This document shows positions 31,517 through 40,111 of a stretch of DNA of 40,111 nucleotides, one piece after another. Origin of the DNA: a bacterium (GTDB lineage: Bacteria > Patescibacteriota > Microgenomatia > Levybacterales > UBA12049). How positions within the stretch are numbered: position 1 is the stretch's first letter; the number at the start of each line of letters is the position of its first letter. The DNA is taken from NCBI GenBank assembly GCA_021824155.1, contig JAKALN010000003.1:1-40111 (forward strand). The letters run 5' to 3'. The notes beneath the pieces are model-generated. The model was not told the origin of the DNA, did no database searches, and saw only the letters and a program-made list of their open reading frames with translations. The position numbers were made by a program, and so were the translations under genes.

Positions 31517-33691
31517 ATGGATAAAATCTATAACAATAAAAATGTAGAAGAGAAAATATACAAGAAATGGGGAGATAAAGGCTTTTTTAAGCCTGAAGAA
31601 AGGTTTGGCAGCAAAAAAAAGTTTTCTATAATTTTACCTCCCCCTAATGCCAATGCTCCGCTTCATTTCGGCCATGCAATGTATGTAACAGAAGATATTC
31701 TGGTCCGTTTCCACAGAATGAAAGGACATAAGACCCTTTGGCTTCCCGGAGCCGACCACGCGGGATTCGAAACGCAATTTGTTTACGAAAAAAAACTTCA
31801 GGAGGCGGGAGAATCACGTTTTGATTATAAAAGGGAAGAGCTTTATAAAATGATATGGGATTACGTGCAGGAAAACAGAAAAGGAATGGAAAACCAGTTA
31901 AAAAGATTGGGTTTTTCTCTTGATTGGGAAAGACGCAAGTTCACTCTGGATGAAGATATTACAAAAATTGTTTATCAGACGTTTAAAAATCTTTATGACG
32001 ACAGATTGCTTTATAGACAAAAAAGGCTTGTTAATTACTGTACTTTTGACGGTACCAGTTTTTCCGACCTTGAGGTAATCTACGAAGAAAGGAAAAATCC
32101 GCTTTTCTATATTAAATACGGCCCTTTGGTTTTGGCCACCACCAGGCCGGAAACTAAGTTTGGGGATACTGCGGTTGCAGTTAACCCGGAAGATAAGAGA
32201 TACCAAAAATACATTGGCAAAGAAATAGAAATAGAAACCGTTTTAGGAAAAGCAAAGATTAAAGTCGTTGCGGATAAAATGGTTGATCCAAGCTTTGGAA
32301 CGGGTGCGGTTAAGATAACTCCCGCCCATGATTTTGATGATTTTGAGGTTGCCCAAAGACACAATCTGCCTATGGTTGCGGTAATAGGTTTTGATGGGAA
32401 AATGAATAAAAAAGCAGGCAAATTTGAAGGTTTATACGTAAGGCAAGCAAGAAAAGCGGTTGTTGAGGAAATGCAAAAAAAAGGTTTAATAGAAAAAATA
32501 GATGAAAATTATGTGCACAGAATTGGAGTCTGTTACAAATGTAAAAACCCCATAGAGCCTCTTCCTATGGAGCAATGGTTTGTAAAAATGCAGCCTTTGG
32601 CAAAAAAAGCTATAGATACTGTTAAAAAAGGAGATATAAAAATCCACCCTAAAAGTTTTGAAAAGCTTTATTTCCAATTTTTGGAAAATATCCATGACTG
32701 GAACATTTCAAGACAGCTTGTGTGGGGGATTAGGATACCCGCTTTTAAATGTGAAAAATGCGGGGAGTGGGAAGTGACAGAAGGTGAGCTTCGGGAAAAA
32801 TGCGGGAAATGCTCGGGAAAAATGGTCCAGGACACCGATACGTTTGATACCTGGTTTTCTTCCGGACAATGGCCGTACGCCACTTTAAAAACAACAGACA
32901 GTCTTGAATTTTATCCTACAAGCGTAATGGAGACAGGATACGATATTTTGCGTTGGTGGGTAGCAAGGATGGTAATGCTTGGAATATATATACAAGAGAA
33001 AGAGGGGATAAAAGACGTAAAGCAGCAAGTTCCGTTTGAAAACGTTGTTTTACACGGACTCGTAAATGATCCTCTTGGGAAAAAAATGAGCAAAAGTAAG
33101 GGGAATGTAATTAATCCTTTGGAGTTGGTTGACCAGTATGGGGCGGATGCGGTAAGGTTTGCCCTTGTGTATGGAACAGCCTTGGGAAATGACCAATCCC
33201 TTTCTTATCCAAAGCTTCAGGCAATGAGAAACTTTACAAATAAGCTTTGGAATATGGCAAGGTTTATAGAATTCCAAGGAAATGAAAGGACTTTCAAAAC
33301 ATCAGAATTATCAATAAAAGAAATGCAGATTTTATCAAAAAAACATGGAGACGAAGATATATGGAAAAGTGACAGAGAGATGGTTCAGAAAATAGAAGAA
33401 ATAACTTCTGAGGTGACTAGACTTTTGGAAAAATACGATTTTAATCATGCCGCACAAAACCTGTATGATTTTACCTGGCATGAGTTCGCGGATATTTATA
33501 TAGAAGAATCGAAAAGAACGTTGAACAATAATGATGCTTCTGGTAAAGATACTTTTGAGGTTTTAAGCTCTTCTTTTTTAATTCTCCTTAAATTAATTCA
33601 TCCCTTCATGCCATTTGTAACGGAAGAAATTTATGACGTGCTCTACGGCGGGGAAGAGGATTTGATTGTAAGTAAGTGGCCTTCTTTATGA
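31517..33691 (+). CDS. valS: Valine--tRNA ligase, short form (724 aa)
   Basis: PPPNANAPLHFGHA (HIGH), LWLPGADHAGFETQ, editing-domain motifs TTRPETKFGDTAVAVNP and GTGAVKITPAHDFDDFEV, and KMSKS. Ends shortly after LIHPFMPFVTEEIY. Confidence 0.9.
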   Translation: MDKIYNNKNVEEKIYKKWGDKGFFKPEERFGSKKKFSIILPPPNANAPLHFGHAMYVTEDILVRFHRMKGHKTLWLPGADHAGFETQFVYEKKLQEAGESRFDYKREELYKMIWDYVQENRKGMENQLKRLGFSLDWERRKFTLDEDITKIVYQTFKNLYDDRLLYRQKRLVNYCTFDGTSFSDLEVIYEERKNPLFYIKYGPLVLATTRPETKFGDTAVAVNPEDKRYQKYIGKEIEIETVLGKAKIKVVADKMVDPSFGTGAVKITPAHDFDDFEVAQRHNLPMVAVIGFDGKMNKKAGKFEGLYVRQARKAVVEEMQKKGLIEKIDENYVHRIGVCYKCKNPIEPLPMEQWFVKMQPLAKKAIDTVKKGDIKIHPKSFEKLYFQFLENIHDWNISRQLVWGIRIPAFKCEKCGEWEVTEGELREKCGKCSGKMVQDTDTFDTWFSSGQWPYATLKTTDSLEFYPTSVMETGYDILRWWVARMVMLGIYIQEKEGIKDVKQQVPFENVVLHGLVNDPLGKKMSKSKGNVINPLELVDQYGADAVRFALVYGTALGNDQSLSYPKLQAMRNFTNKLWNMARFIEFQGNERTFKTSELSIKEMQILSKKHGDEDIWKSDREMVQKIEEITSEVTRLLEKYDFNHAAQNLYDFTWHEFADIYIEESKRTLNNNDASGKDTFEVLSSSFLILLKLIHPFMPFVTEEIYDVLYGGEEDLIVSKWPSL

Positions 33692-34095
33692 AAAAAATAA
33701 CTGCCATAAAACCGCAATTCCCGAGGATTTCCCGCATTTTCCCCGAAAGCCATAAATTTGTTCAGTTCATAACAATTTTTAAAAAAATGTTTTTAGCGTT
33801 TGTTTTTACTTCGATATTCGTTTTTATGTTATTTATATTGGCAGACTTATACAGAAATTACGGGGAAAACCAAATAGTTCAGGCGCAAAGGGAAAAGCTG
33901 ATAAGCGAAATAAATACATGGAAGTCCTTTTCGCAAAAATACCCTAATTACAAAGAGGTATATTTCCAAATAGCGGTTAGGGAGTTTGAGCTTGGAAAAT
34001 ATTCAGAGGCAGGTAATTATCTTCAAAAAGCTTTATTTATAGATCCAAGTTACGGGGAAGCACTAAAATTAAAAAAAGCGCTGACAGGAAAATAA
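33688..34095 (+). CDS. Small membrane-anchored protein with a TPR-like repeat
   Basis: ATG 33688 overlaps the valS stop (ATGA); GTG 33676 or a later ATG are also possible. TM helix FLAFVFTSIFVFMLFILADL. TPR-like YFQIAVREFELGKYSEAGNYLQKALFIDPSYGEA. Confidence 0.6.
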   Translation: MKKITAIKPQFPRISRIFPESHKFVQFITIFKKMFLAFVFTSIFVFMLFILADLYRNYGENQIVQAQREKLISEINTWKSFSQKYPNYKEVYFQIAVREFELGKYSEAGNYLQKALFIDPSYGEALKLKKALTGK

Positions 34096-34096
34096 A

Positions 34097-34816
34097 TTAT
34101 TGAGCGGGAGCTTCTGCCGGTTTTTCTTCGTTTGGTTTTGCTTCTTCTGCAGGTTGTTCTCCCTCCGCAGGAGCTTCTCCTTCTGCCGGTGCTTCCGCAC
34201 CCGCTTCTGCCGCCGCAGCCTCAGCTGCCGCAGCTTCCTCTGCTGCCTGTTCCTGGGCTTCCTTACTTACTAATTCACCTATTTTTGCAACAACCTGTTC
34301 TGCTTCCGTAAGAATAGTAACTCCCTGAGGAACCTTAAGGTCAGAAACGGTAATTTGATCGTCAACTGCTGCTAAATGTTCAACATTTACTTCAATGTGC
34401 TCGGGAAGATCTTCGGGAAGCGCTTCTACTTCAACTTCTGAAATAATATTCATCAAAAGTCCGACTTTGTCTGTTTCTGCTTTGGGTTCACCTATAACTT
34501 CCAAAGGAACAGCTGTTTTTACTTTCTCTTTAAGGTTTACCTGGAAAAAATCTGCGTGTAAAACATTATTTCTGTAATCGCTTTGTACGTTGTGGATAAG
34601 AACCGGAATCATTTTTCCGTCCAGCTCCAAATCAATGAGTCCTGTTTCTCCTGATTCTTTAAAAACTGCTGCAAATTCTTTTATTGGGAGCTCAACAGCG
34701 GTAGATTTAATATCTCCTCCATAGACGTTTGCGGGTAAAATACCTTCTCTTCGGAGTTTTTTAACCTGTTTGCCCAAGATTTTTCTCTTTTCTACTGCCA
34801 GTTTTTGTCTTTTCAT
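34097..34816 (-). CDS. rplY: 50S ribosomal protein L25/Ctc form with Ala/Glu/Pro-rich C-terminal tail
   Basis: N-terminus VEKRKILGKQVKKLRREGILPANVYG is typical of L25/Ctc. The last ~55 aa are low complexity (AAEEAAAAEAAAAEAGAEAPAEGEAPAEGEQPAEEAKPNEEKPAEAPAQ). Confidence 0.88.
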   Translation of the reverse strand: MKRQKLAVEKRKILGKQVKKLRREGILPANVYGGDIKSTAVELPIKEFAAVFKESGETGLIDLELDGKMIPVLIHNVQSDYRNNVLHADFFQVNLKEKVKTAVPLEVIGEPKAETDKVGLLMNIISEVEVEALPEDLPEHIEVNVEHLAAVDDQITVSDLKVPQGVTILTEAEQVVAKIGELVSKEAQEQAAEEAAAAEAAAAEAGAEAPAEGEAPAEGEQPAEEAKPNEEKPAEAPAQ

Positions 34817-34888
34817 TAAGTTCTTATTCTACAGGAAATGCCAATTTATTACAATAGCCATCAATTGTGATAATATAGTCTTGAAATA

Positions 34889-35368
34889 ATGACGATACTT
34901 GGAATTGACCCCGGAATTGCAAGATGCGGATGGGCAGTGCTGGAAGCTAGAGGAGTGAAGCTGGAGGCTAGAGATTTCGGATGCATTGAAACGCCGAGCT
35001 CAATGGAGGTTTCTTTAAGGCTTTCGGTGATTTATAAAGAAATTACAAAATTAATAAAAAAATACTCTCCGGATGCTCTGGTTTTGGAAGAACTGTTTTT
35101 TAATACAAACGCAAAAACAGCTTTTGTAGTAGGTCAGGCAAGGGGAGCGGTTCTTTTATCGGGGGCGGAAAATGGCCTTAAAAACTATATATATACTCCA
35201 TTGCAGGTAAAAATTGCAGTAACCGGATACGGAAGAGCGGAAAAAGAACAGGTAGGAAAAATGGTAAAAACAATTCTAGCCCTGGAAAAGATTCCAAAAC
35301 CCGATGATACCGCGGATGCTTTGGCAATAGCAATAACGCATGCTTTCTCTGCGAAAATGGCAAAATGA
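34889..35368 (+). CDS. ruvC: Holliday junction resolvase RuvC
   Basis: ILGIDPGIARCGWAV N-terminus. ADALAIAITHA near the C-terminus. 159 aa. Confidence 0.92.
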   Translation: MTILGIDPGIARCGWAVLEARGVKLEARDFGCIETPSSMEVSLRLSVIYKEITKLIKKYSPDALVLEELFFNTNAKTAFVVGQARGAVLLSGAENGLKNYIYTPLQVKIAVTGYGRAEKEQVGKMVKTILALEKIPKPDDTADALAIAITHAFSAKMAK

Positions 35369-35396
35369 CCTGTGTTATAATCTACTCAATTGGAAT

Positions 35397-35972
35397 ATGA
35401 TAGGCTCTCTTAACGGAACAATTGAAATACTGGATAGACCTTATGCGATAGTTGATGTTAACGGAGTCGGATACAAAGTATTGGTTTACGACAGCCTTTT
35501 TGCAAAATTATCCCCTAAAGAAAAAATTAAACTTTTTACTTACACATACGTTAGGGAAGACGCTTTGGAACTTTTTGGCTTTGAAGACGCCTCCGATTTA
35601 AAACTTTTCGAAAAACTTATTTCTGTTTCGGGAATCGGCCCGAGAACCGCCCTAAATATTTTTTCGGTTGGAACAAGGGACCAGATAACGGATGCTGTTG
35701 TAAGGGGAGACGTTTCGTTTTTTACATCGGTTCCCAGGCTTGGAACAAAAAACGCACAGAGAATAATTATTGAGCTTAAAAATAAACTTGGTGGCACAGT
35801 TGATATTGACCTTTCCGGGAAAGAACAAATGGAAAACAACGAAGTAATACTGGCTCTTAAAAATTTCGGGTTTTCAACATCTGAAGCCCAGAAAGCATTA
35901 AGGGAAATAAAAACAGCAGGATTAAAAACGGAAGAGAAAATAAGACTGGCCCTTAAGGCGCTATCGCGCTAA
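35397..35972 (+). CDS. ruvA: Holliday junction branch-migration complex subunit RuvA
   Basis: In-frame ATG 35397 gives MIGSLNGTIEIL...VNGVGYKV, a typical RuvA N-terminus. HhH region LISVSGIGPRTAL. Confidence 0.9.
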   Translation: MIGSLNGTIEILDRPYAIVDVNGVGYKVLVYDSLFAKLSPKEKIKLFTYTYVREDALELFGFEDASDLKLFEKLISVSGIGPRTALNIFSVGTRDQITDAVVRGDVSFFTSVPRLGTKNAQRIIIELKNKLGGTVDIDLSGKEQMENNEVILALKNFGFSTSEAQKALREIKTAGLKTEEKIRLALKALSR

Positions 35973-36025
35973 AAAGATTTAAGAATAAAGATTCATGAGT
36001 CATGAGTCGTAACTTATAAGTAACT

Positions 36026-37060
36026 ATGGCAGATAAAACAAAAAATATAAAGAAAGACGAACAGGAAACACCCGAGGAGGAAGTTCTTTTTACGTCTTTG
36101 CGGGCATCGGACTGGAAAGAATTTTACGGACAAAAGAAATTAAAGGAATCATTAAGAATAGCAATCTCCGCGGCTAAAAAAAGAAACGAATCAATTGAAC
36201 ATATCCTTCTTTATGGCCCTCCGGGTTTAGGAAAAACAACACTATCCCATTTAATAGCAAAAGAAATGGGGGTTAATATAAGAATTACTTCGGGGCCGGC
36301 AATAGAAAGAGCAGGCGACCTGGCTTCTATTCTGACTAATTTAGAAAAAGGGGACATACTATTTATAGACGAGATACACAGGCTCAACAAAGTAGTTGAG
36401 GAAACTTTGTACCCGGCTATGGAGGATTATGCTTTAGATATAATCCTTGGTAAAGGACCCAGCGCCAGAACCCTAAGGATGGATTTGCCTCAATTTACAA
36501 TAATAGGGGCAACAACAAGAATTGGCCTTTTGTCCGCGCCCCTTAGAGACAGATTTGGAGTAATCCACAGACTTTCTTTTTATGAGCCAAAAGATTTGGA
36601 AGAAATAATAGAAAAGGCAGCATTAAAATTAAAAGTTCCGGTAGATAAAGAATCAATATTAGAAATTGCAAAAAGAGCAAGGGGAACGCCAAGAATTGCG
36701 TTAAAACTTTTAAAAAGAGCAAGGGATTATGTTCAGGTTAAAGGGGAAGGAAAACTTACAAAAGGTTTAATTAAAGAGGCACTGGATATGCTGGAGGTGG
36801 ACGAAGTCGGTTTGGATTCTTCTGATGTAAGATACCTTAAATCCATAATAGAAAAACACGGCGGAGGACCGGTTGGAGTTGAAACAATTGCTTCGACAAT
36901 ATCGGAAGATATAGGAACAATAGAAGAAGTAATAGAGCCCTATCTTCTTCAAATAGGATTTCTTAAAAAAACAACAAGAGGAAGAGTTGCAACCCCTGCT
37001 GCCTATAAGCATTTGGGAATGGCTTTGCCGAAAGAAAACAAACAGGAGAAACTACTTTAA
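36026..37060 (+). CDS. ruvB: Holliday junction ATP-dependent DNA helicase RuvB
   Basis: [13 protein letters not shown] Walker [11 protein letters not shown] Walker B, 344 aa. Confidence 0.95.
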   Translation: MADKTKNIKKDEQETPEEEVLFTSLRASDWKEFYGQKKLKESLRIAISAAKKRNESIEHILLYGPPGLGKTTLSHLIAKEMGVNIRITSGPAIERAGDLASILTNLEKGDILFIDEIHRLNKVVEETLYPAMEDYALDIILGKGPSARTLRMDLPQFTIIGATTRIGLLSAPLRDRFGVIHRLSFYEPKDLEEIIEKAALKLKVPVDKESILEIAKRARGTPRIALKLLKRARDYVQVKGEGKLTKGLIKEALDMLEVDEVGLDSSDVRYLKSIIEKHGGGPVGVETIASTISEDIGTIEEVIEPYLLQIGFLKKTTRGRVATPAAYKHLGMALPKENKQEKLL

Positions 37061-37711
37061 TTCTTCCAGAATTACAACTTCGGAATTCGTAACCAGTTTT
37101 TTAAAATTTTCTTCGGTGTCTTTGTACTTTTCTCCTAAAAACCTTCTATAATGCATTGGAATTGTAAATTCTGCTTTTATCGTATTTGCTGCGGCAGCTG
37201 CTTCTTTTTCGTCCATTGTATAATGGCCTCCTATCGGAAGCATGGCAATATATAAATGCATATCCGTAAGGCTTTTCATTTCGGGAATAAAATCCGTATC
37301 TCCGGCATGATACACTTGTTTTCCGTTTAACTCAAAAATGTATCCGACCCAGTTATTTTCTTTAGGATGAAAGGCAAGTTTTTCCGGGTGATTGTTGTAA
37401 GCAGGAATGGTTTGGAATTTAAATTCTTTTACTTCATATTTGGCATTGGGCTCAACAAGTAATTTCCTATCTTCGGAGATATCAATTTTTTCCAAAATAT
37501 CCGGGGGCGCAATAATAATAGTATCCTCTTTTATTATTTTTTGAATATCCGTTTGGGAAAAATGGTCGGGATGGGCATGGGTAATAAAAATCAAATCGGC
37601 TTCTTCAAGCTTTTGAGGCTTTAAATCGAAAGGGTCAACATAATATATTCTATTGCCGTTTTCATCGACAAAAGAAAAACTTGCATGTCCAAACCAGTTA
37701 ATGTTTTCCAT
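37052..37711 (-). CDS. MBL-fold metallo-hydrolase
   Basis: ITHAHPDH metal-binding motif, 219 aa. TATAAT (37722..37717) lies 5 nt before the ATG. The 3' end overlaps the ruvB 3' end by 9 nt. Confidence 0.85.
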   Translation of the reverse strand: MENINWFGHASFSFVDENGNRIYYVDPFDLKPQKLEEADLIFITHAHPDHFSQTDIQKIIKEDTIIIAPPDILEKIDISEDRKLLVEPNAKYEVKEFKFQTIPAYNNHPEKLAFHPKENNWVGYIFELNGKQVYHAGDTDFIPEMKSLTDMHLYIAMLPIGGHYTMDEKEAAAAANTIKAEFTIPMHYRRFLGEKYKDTEENFKKLVTNSEVVILEELK

Positions 37712-37751
37712 AAGGTATTATAATAGCAGATTGTTAAACTACTGTAAAAAA

Positions 37752-38165
37752 TTATCTTCTCGGATGGCTTTGGTGGCTTATTCCTCCTCGGTCTTGATTT
37801 GCCCTGCCTCTTCTGCAATTTCCCAGACTTTTTCCTTCGGTACCTGTTGGGGCTAAAAATTCACCCTCCCGGATTTCTTCACCCGGATAGGTAAAAACAA
37901 TGCCGGCGCGGGGTCTGCTGTCTATGTCTCTAGATTTTCTGCGGCCTTCGCTTCTGCTTTTCCCGTCGTCTCCGCTTCTGATTCTTTCCGCTCTTCGTCC
38001 TCCGATATTGCCATTTGCCAGTTCTCTGGGGCTCGGGTCGGAATCTGTTTTGTGAGACGGCTTGGCTTCAGAGGTTGGCGAGCCGTATAAAACTCTTCGA
38101 ATCTGGTCAAGAGAAGCCGGTTGGGCATTTTGATAAATTCTAAAAAGTCTGTCAGGCGAACCCAT
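37752..38165 (-). CDS. Doubtful ORF: Arg/Gly/Ser/Asp/Glu-rich, predicted-disordered 137-aa protein in a purine-rich, GC-elevated tract
   Basis: Open frame between comM and the MBL gene, using AGA-type Arg codons like the rest of the genome. A second same-strand frame (37922..38128) is also open, because the coding strand is T-poor. The ORF may be an artefact of composition. Confidence 0.3.
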   Translation of the reverse strand: MGSPDRLFRIYQNAQPASLDQIRRVLYGSPTSEAKPSHKTDSDPSPRELANGNIGGRRAERIRSGDDGKSRSEGRRKSRDIDSRPRAGIVFTYPGEEIREGEFLAPTGTEGKSLGNCRRGRANQDRGGISHQSHPRR

Positions 38166-38203
38166 GTGATTTATATCACTTTATCAAAAAAATATTTTCC
38201 GCG

Positions 38204-39736
38204 TCAATAGGTAATTTCAACTTTTGGCCGGTATTGCAAGCTTTCTGCAATATGCGAAGGTTTAATATCTTTTTCCCCTTCAAGGTCCGCAATTGTTCTG
38301 GATAGTTTTATAATCCGGTGATATGACCTTGCCGATAAATTCATTCTGGCAACAGCCATTTTTAAAAGGGAGACGCAGTCTTTCGATAATCCACAAAATT
38401 TTTTAATATCTTTATTTGTCATTTCCGAGTTTGAAGTTATTTTAATATTCTTAAAACGGTTAAGCTGGATGTCTTTTGCTCTTTGTACCCTTCTTCTTAT
38501 TTGGACCGAAGTTTCCCGTTTTATGCCGTCAGTTGAGGTTAATTTTTCAACTTTTACTGCCGGAACCTCCAAATGTATATCAATTCTGTCAAGCATAGGC
38601 CCGGAAATTCTTTTTTGGTACCTGGCTATTTGGGAAGCGCTACAGCGGCAGGCATGGGTTTTATCCCCAAGATATCCACACGGGCATGGATTCTGCGCCG
38701 CAACAAGCATAAATTTTGAGGGAAACGTGATTCTTCCTTGAGCTCTTGAGATTGTTACAAATCCGTCTTCCATTGGCTGTCTTAATGCTTCCAAAACATG
38801 TCTTGGAAATTCCGGGAATTCATCCAAGAACAAAACTCCTCTGTGGGCAAGTGATATCTCCCCGGGTTTTGGAATAACTCCTCCGCCTATCAGTCCTATA
38901 TAAGAAGTGGTGTGGTGGGGGGAGCGAAACTGCCTTTTTGTGATAATAGTATCTTTATCCAGAAGGCCGGAAATACTGTAAATTTTTGTTACTTCCAGTG
39001 CTTCTTCAAGGCTAAGCCTAGGAAGAATAGAAGGGAGCGTCCTTGCTATAAGAGTTTTTCCCGCTCCCGGAGGTCCTTTAAGCAAAATATTGTGTCCTCC
39101 GGCAGCAGCTATTTCCATGGCTCTTTTAGCTTGTTCCTGTCCTTGGACTTCATTCATATCAAAATCAAATGAGTCATTTTTTAGATATTCGTTTAAACTG
39201 CTGTGTTTAATAGGCAGGATTTTTTCTTCGGACGTCAAATATTTTGCCAAAGACAATAAATTTTTAATGGGATAAACTTCAACCTCTTTTATAATCGCCG
39301 CTTCATTTGAATTTTCAAAAGGGACAAAGGCATTTTTTATTTTTCTTTCTTTTGCCATAATAATTTGGGGCAGAATGCCGTTTGTCTGCCTTAATTTTCC
39401 GTCAAGTGAAAGTTCTCCTGTAAATAAAGAGTTGGAAAAGTCTCCTTTTATTTGTCCTGAAGCGATTAAAATCCCTAAAGCTATAGGTAGGTCATAAGAA
39501 GGGCCTTCTTTTGGAAGGTCTGCCGGAGCAAGGTTTACGGTTATTCTTTTTGCGGGAAATTCCGCCCCCGAATTTTTAATAGCGCTTCTTACTCTTTCTT
39601 TTGATTCTTCAACTGCTTTGTCGGGAAGACCGACAATCGTAAAAGAGGGGAGCCCCTGGGAAGCGATATCTACCTCAACCTCTATGGGGGTTCCGTTTAG
39701 TCCGACTACTGCTGCGGACAAAACTTTGGCGAGCAT
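38204..39736 (-). CDS. comM: YifB/ComM family Mg-chelatase-like ATPase
   Basis: 510 aa. N-terminal Lon-protease-like domain (MLAKVLSAAVVGLNGTPIEVEVD...), LLKGPPGAGKT Walker A, VLFLDEFPEF Walker B, CPCGY zinc-motif region. Confidence 0.92.
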   Translation of the reverse strand: MLAKVLSAAVVGLNGTPIEVEVDIASQGLPSFTIVGLPDKAVEESKERVRSAIKNSGAEFPAKRITVNLAPADLPKEGPSYDLPIALGILIASGQIKGDFSNSLFTGELSLDGKLRQTNGILPQIIMAKERKIKNAFVPFENSNEAAIIKEVEVYPIKNLLSLAKYLTSEEKILPIKHSSLNEYLKNDSFDFDMNEVQGQEQAKRAMEIAAAGGHNILLKGPPGAGKTLIARTLPSILPRLSLEEALEVTKIYSISGLLDKDTIITKRQFRSPHHTTSYIGLIGGGVIPKPGEISLAHRGVLFLDEFPEFPRHVLEALRQPMEDGFVTISRAQGRITFPSKFMLVAAQNPCPCGYLGDKTHACRCSASQIARYQKRISGPMLDRIDIHLEVPAVKVEKLTSTDGIKRETSVQIRRRVQRAKDIQLNRFKNIKITSNSEMTNKDIKKFCGLSKDCVSLLKMAVARMNLSARSYHRIIKLSRTIADLEGEKDIKPSHIAESLQYRPKVEITY

Positions 39737-39793
39737 AAAATTAGCGTAACAAAAAGGGGAGAGGTATTCAAGGGAAATCCCAAAACAGGATAT

Positions 39794-40111
39794 TTAAATA
39801 TTGTGCGACGCCAAAACGAACTTTTCTATTACTGCCGCAACTCCGTCTTCATCGACTGTTGGAGCAACGAAATCCGCGATTTTTTTAAGCTCGTCATCCG
39901 CGTTTCCCATGGCAACTTTTAGCCCGCAAGCCATAAGAAGCGGAAAATCGTTGTATCCGTCTCCAACCCCGATCATGTCTTTAGTGGATATATTTAAAAG
40001 TTTTGAAACCTCGATAATTCCATGCTGTTTAGTAGCCAGTGCGTGTGAAATTATTACATCCGTCATCCCTTTTTTCCATGAGGGGGCTTTTACGACAGCT
40101 ATGGTTGAAAT
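39794..40111 (-). CDS. HAD-superfamily Cof-type phosphatase, N-terminus outside the window
   Basis: The frame stays open from 40111 (ISTIAVVKAPSWKKGMTDV...). Motif IV is GVGDGYNDFPLLMACGLKVAMGNA. Confidence 0.8.
   Translation of the reverse strand: MSTIAVVKAPSWKKGMTDVIISHALATKQHGIIEVSKLLNISTKDMIGVGDGYNDFPLLMACGLKVAMGNADDELKKIADFVAPTVDEDGVAAVIEKFVLASHNI

Noticed and set aside
35993-36008. Tandem TCATGAGT x2 between ruvA and ruvB
   Set aside because: Only two 8-nt units. Too short to distinguish from chance and no associated structure.
37712-38203. Possible RNase P RNA, tmRNA or SRP RNA in the GC-elevated tract
   Set aside because: I looked on both strands for P4 strands (GAGGAAAGUCC and ACAGAA.CCGGCUUA), a tRNA-like T-arm with acceptor end, and a tmRNA tag ORF. 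Only a loose GAAGGAAAAAGTCTGGG was found, near the wrong (3') end, along with a TTCGAAT that lacks a flanking stem. That is not enough to call a known RNA, so the tract is kept as an open anomaly instead.

Overview
AT-rich, very compact bacterial chromosomal segment spanning the replication-origin neighbourhood (dnaN-dnaA on the minus strand, rpmH-rnpA-yidD-yidC-jag on the plus strand). The gene content and style suggest a reduced Patescibacteria/CPR-like genome: DUF4012 envelope protein, T4SS-pilin paralogs, many orphan proteins, and promoters abutting start codons. This lineage call is an inference only. Standard genetic code; TGA acts as a stop. Left third (1-5.2 kb): a divergent pair of large orphan proteins and a minus-strand tRNA cluster (Ser-UGA, Ser-GGA, Ser-CGA, Arg-GCG) with an embedded NUDIX gene and two small repeat families. 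Centre (5.2-18.8 kb), the most interesting part: a chromosomal type IV secretion/pilus-like locus. It holds a VirB6/TrbL-like polytopic protein, an 896-aa orphan, an AAA-ATPase/OmpR-type winged-helix regulator, four tandem VirB2/TrbC-like pilin paralogs (the first fused to a Cys-rich secreted domain), a PrgI/VirB3-like fusion protein, a free-standing VirB4-N-domain-like protein, a VirB4 ATPase, a papain-fold cell-wall hydrolase and a small bitopic protein. No coupling protein, relaxase, VirB11 or integrase is present in the window. Right half: an envelope glycan locus (O-antigen-ligase-like, MOP flippase, DUF4012), RNase HI, a Cys-free endonuclease III, a second regulator paralog, a short ValRS, L25/Ctc, ruvCAB, an MBL hydrolase, ComM/YifB and a partial HAD phosphatase. 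No CRISPR array, transposase or rRNA was seen.
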